DNA of 64,000 bases, taken from NCBI RefSeq assembly GCF_004010195.1, contig NC_057754.1, forward strand, positions 7,405,428 to 7,469,427. The letters are read 5' to 3'. The notes beneath the pieces are model-generated. The model had not been told where the DNA came from. It did not search any database and saw nothing but the letters and a program-made list of their open reading frames with translations. The DNA comes from Chiloscyllium plagiosum. Its lineage: Eukaryota. Of the stretch, positions 60,715-64,000 are shown piece by piece. Numbering within the stretch: the first letter of the stretch is position 1; every line of letters begins with the position of its first letter. The translations under genes were made by a program, and so were the position numbers.

Positions 60715-62300
60715 TTTTTGGTCCAAGTTAAAAAAAAATCACACAACACCAGGTTATAGTCCAACAGGTTTATTTGGAAGCACTAGCTTTCGGAGCACTG
60801 CCTCTTCATCAGGTGGTTGTAGAACAGGACCATTAGAGACAGAATTAATAGCAAAAGGGTTACAGTGTCATGGAGCTGGCATGATAAATTAAACAAATTT
60901 TAGATTAAGTCTTTCATCTTTCAGAATGGGATATGCTAGTTTCGGTTTTTTAATATGTAAATCCCAGAACTCCTTTTACATTACATTCTCAAGATAGCTT
61001 CAGCTTTTCTAACAATAGGTGCCATCTCAGCTCAGACAATGCATTAAAGATGTGAGGTTAAAGTCTGCTTGTGTCCCAATGTTGAGTCAGACTGGTTCTA
61101 TTTCTAAAGTGGGACTTATAAAATCTTACATAGGTTTATGCAGTTTTTGAGCAAATAAAATGTAATTCTGCAAATACAAATTCACCCTATAACCTTATGT
61201 GTGCACGTGTGCAAGAGAGACAGATTGAGTGTGTGCTTGTGGGTGTGAGTGCATGTGAAAGACTGTGTGTGTGTGTGCACGTGCGTGTGCGTAAACTTGG
61301 TCAAGTTTGTGCGAGTGTGATGGGGTATAAGCTTGTGAGAGGTTGTGTGCATGTGTAGGGGTGCATGTGTGGGCGTATGAGAGACAGCTTGTGTATGAGA
61401 GGGGGTCTGCATGAGTATGTAGGTGCGTGTGCATGCATGCGCGCATGATACAGAGAGAGATAGAGAGAAATAGAGAGACAGAGAGAGATAGAGACAGAGA
61501 GAGAAAGAGAGATAAGCGATTGAAAGAGATACACAGAGATTGGGATAGAAATAGAGATATAGATAGAGAGAGAGTGTAGTGCAGTGGGGTCACCTGTAGT
61601 GTGACATGAACCCAAGGTCCCGATCGAGGCCATCCCCATTAGTACCGAACCTGGCTATCAGCCTCTTCTTGGCCACTTTGCGTCATTGCTGTCCTGAAGT
61701 CTGGCTTGGAGAGGACAGTCACCCAAAAGTCCGAGGCCAAATGGCCCGGACAGCTGACGTGTCCCCCGACTGGGAGAGAACATTGCTGCCTGGTGATCGT
61801 TGCATAGTTTCCATTCATCCGTATTCATAGCGTCTGCTTGATCTCACCAATATACCATGCCCCAGGGCATCCTTACCTGCAGCGTATGAGATAGACAACG
61901 TTGGCCCAGTCACATGAGTACCTACTGTGTACATGGTGGGAGGTGTCCCCACGTGTAATGATGGTATTCATGTCGACACTCTGACATGTTTTGCAGCGGT
62001 TGCCGTGACAGGGTTGTACGATATCGTGGTCGATGTTGTCCTGAAGGCTGGGCAGTTTGCTGTGAACAATGATCTATTTGAGGTTTGGTGGTTGTTTAAA
62101 GGCAAGAAATTGAAGTGTGATGAAGGCCTTGGCGAGGTGCTCATCCTCGTTGATAATGTGTTGCAGGCCGCGAAGAACTTAGCATAGTTTATCAGCTCCC
62201 GGGAAGTACTGGACAACAAAGGGTACCCTATCGGTTGCAGCAGTGTCTGTCCCCTGAGGAGGTCAATACGATTTATCACCGTTGGAACTGGCGGTTGACG
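60715..62300 (-). mobile_element. PLE family B: GIY-YIG endonuclease relic, microsatellite-rich UTR and terminus
   Basis: Minus ANVVYLIRCR*GCPGAWYIGE..RMNG; terminus matches 21394-21621. Confidence 0.85.
60781..60815 (-). ncRNA. Minimal hammerhead ribozyme motif (family B)
   Basis: Minus: CAC-CTGATGA-AGAGGC-AGT-GCTCC-GAAA-GCTA-GTG; stem I CAC/GTG, palindromic AGCT; stem II partly mutated. Confidence 0.55.
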
Positions 62301-63409
62301 AGTTGAGAGTGTTATGATTCCTGTTTGGACCAATAACCTTCTTAAAAACATGATTTTCTGTAATGATCTAACAGAGGTAACTGATGAACAGAGTTTCACT
62401 TTTTAAAATCTTTACTGTAATAAACAAACCAAAACCAACATAATTTAAAACATTAATTAACAGATAAAGGATGCTTCCAAAATAAAAGTACATTTTACTG
62501 TAAACTGATACAATTGCTAATGGGCAGGCATGCAGTATCAAGGGCAGTCCCAGACTTTCTTCAAGAACTTTGGCAGTGGTCACCACTTTCAGCCACCTGA
62601 GTCAAATCTTTAAAAAGGTCTTCCCTGACTGCTTCATTGTAGTTTCCAGACGTGGTCACCATCAGCAAGGCATACTTCAATAAACTCTGTCTCCCACTGG
62701 TCACCTCAGTCCAGATGGCACAGGGTTTCCAGGGACCCCTTGGATAAACTCTTAATTGGTCAAGTCAGCTCTGGCAAAGCCACCCACCACAAGTTCTACC
62801 TCTGCTGTCATGAGATTCAGTGTGAATGCTTTTATTTTCTGCAACCATGTGACGAACAGAACACCAGTTATAACTCAGTATCAAAAATCGGTTATCCATT
62901 TGTTTCTGCTTTAGTTGAGTCTTACTTTCATAGCAACTTGGGTCATGTTCAATACTTTGGCATTGTCCCAAGCAAGCAATTTGGGTTATAAATTCTTTTC
63001 CCAAAACTTAATTTTGATTTCATAGGGCCTTTGCCAAAGAGAAAATACTGGCTTTTCTTTTGCAAAACACAATGTTTGTAAAGGTTGAAACTGTTTTATT
63101 TCTCCACTGGCTGGCCAACATCAGATGGAGCCAAAACAGCTGCAGCACCTTAGCTCAGATCTTCAGTACAACAACTATGTACACACCAACACTGCTGTTG
63201 CTTAGGCCAGCCAGGGAAACTCTGAGGAGGGAATCCTCAACGGGTATTTGGCCCTAGGCCTCTGAAGATGAGAATATTCCAAGTCTTGAACTAAGCATCA
63301 GTCAATCCCTTAGAGTGGATTGATAGAAGAAGCTGCTTATTAGTAGCAGTAGCAACTTGCAGGATTGTTCCAATTTTGCACTTTACGATTCTAAAGTGTA
63401 ACGTGCTGT

Positions 63410-63850
63410 ATAAAAAGGAAGATTTGCATGTCTCTATTGTCTTTCCTCCATCTGGGCAGGTCTGAAATTGCTACATAGTCAATAAAGTGTTTTTAAAGTA
63501 TAATCACTGCACGGATGCAGGGACCAGGGCAGCCAATCTGGGTACAGGAGGATTCATCAAGCAGCACTGCGAGAGTAAAACATTTTACCATGTTTTTTGA
63601 TTGATTATTATTAGCCAGGTGATCAGAACCTCTTCAGAATAGTGGCCATGGGCACCGACCTGAGGCGGGTAGACATAGCCTTTAGTCTGTCTCATCTGAT
63701 CTCTAACAAAAGTGCAGCATTTCCTCAAGGCAGTGCTGGCACTACAACAGTGGGTCAGCCTGTTCTATGCACTTTAATTTCTGGAGTGAGTCTTAAACAA
63801 ATGACCTGTTGACTGAGAGAGGTAGAGAGTGAGCTATTGCTAGCTCATGA
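63410..63850 (-). mobile_element. Near full-length degraded SacSINE1/DeuSINE
   Basis: TCTCATCTGA...GTGCAGCA...CCTCA Deu core on minus with tRNA-like head near 63790-63850. Confidence 0.6.
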
Positions 63851-64000
63851 TCAATGAAGGGATGTTCATTTGCTTTTACCCAAGTTACAGTAATTCTATT
63901 TGCTGTTATTGTGATGATCAAATATGTCTTAATCTGCTGCTTACCCCAATTTGCACCTTTGATGATTGAGTAAGAATAGCAGATTTCCTTCATGAAGGAC

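Overview
Eukaryotic, repeat-rich genomic DNA from a cartilaginous fish (shark-type HE1 SINEs, CR1/HER1 LINEs, SacSINE1/Deu-domain SINEs), with three assembly gaps (7435-8036, 30712-31047, 43509-44079). The only host gene I can support is a + strand IkB-family ankyrin-repeat gene closest to IkB-epsilon (NFKBIE). Five coding exons (6697-6799, 13320-13566, 14103-14191, 15038-15286, 17510-17566) splice in frame to 247 aa, with a poly(A) signal at 18542. The degron-bearing first exon was not found and probably lies upstream of the window. The presumed intron 1 carries kappaB sites, including a perfect kappaB element directly abutting a TATA box (1969-1985). The rest is mostly nested retroelements. 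The most striking non-genic signal is a set of Penelope-like element (PLE) termini from three families. They carry minimal hammerhead-ribozyme cores, often form short fold-back insertions, and are often flanked by 11-15 bp target-site duplications. Repeat family names come from recalled consensus motifs, not a database search, and repeat boundaries are approximate.
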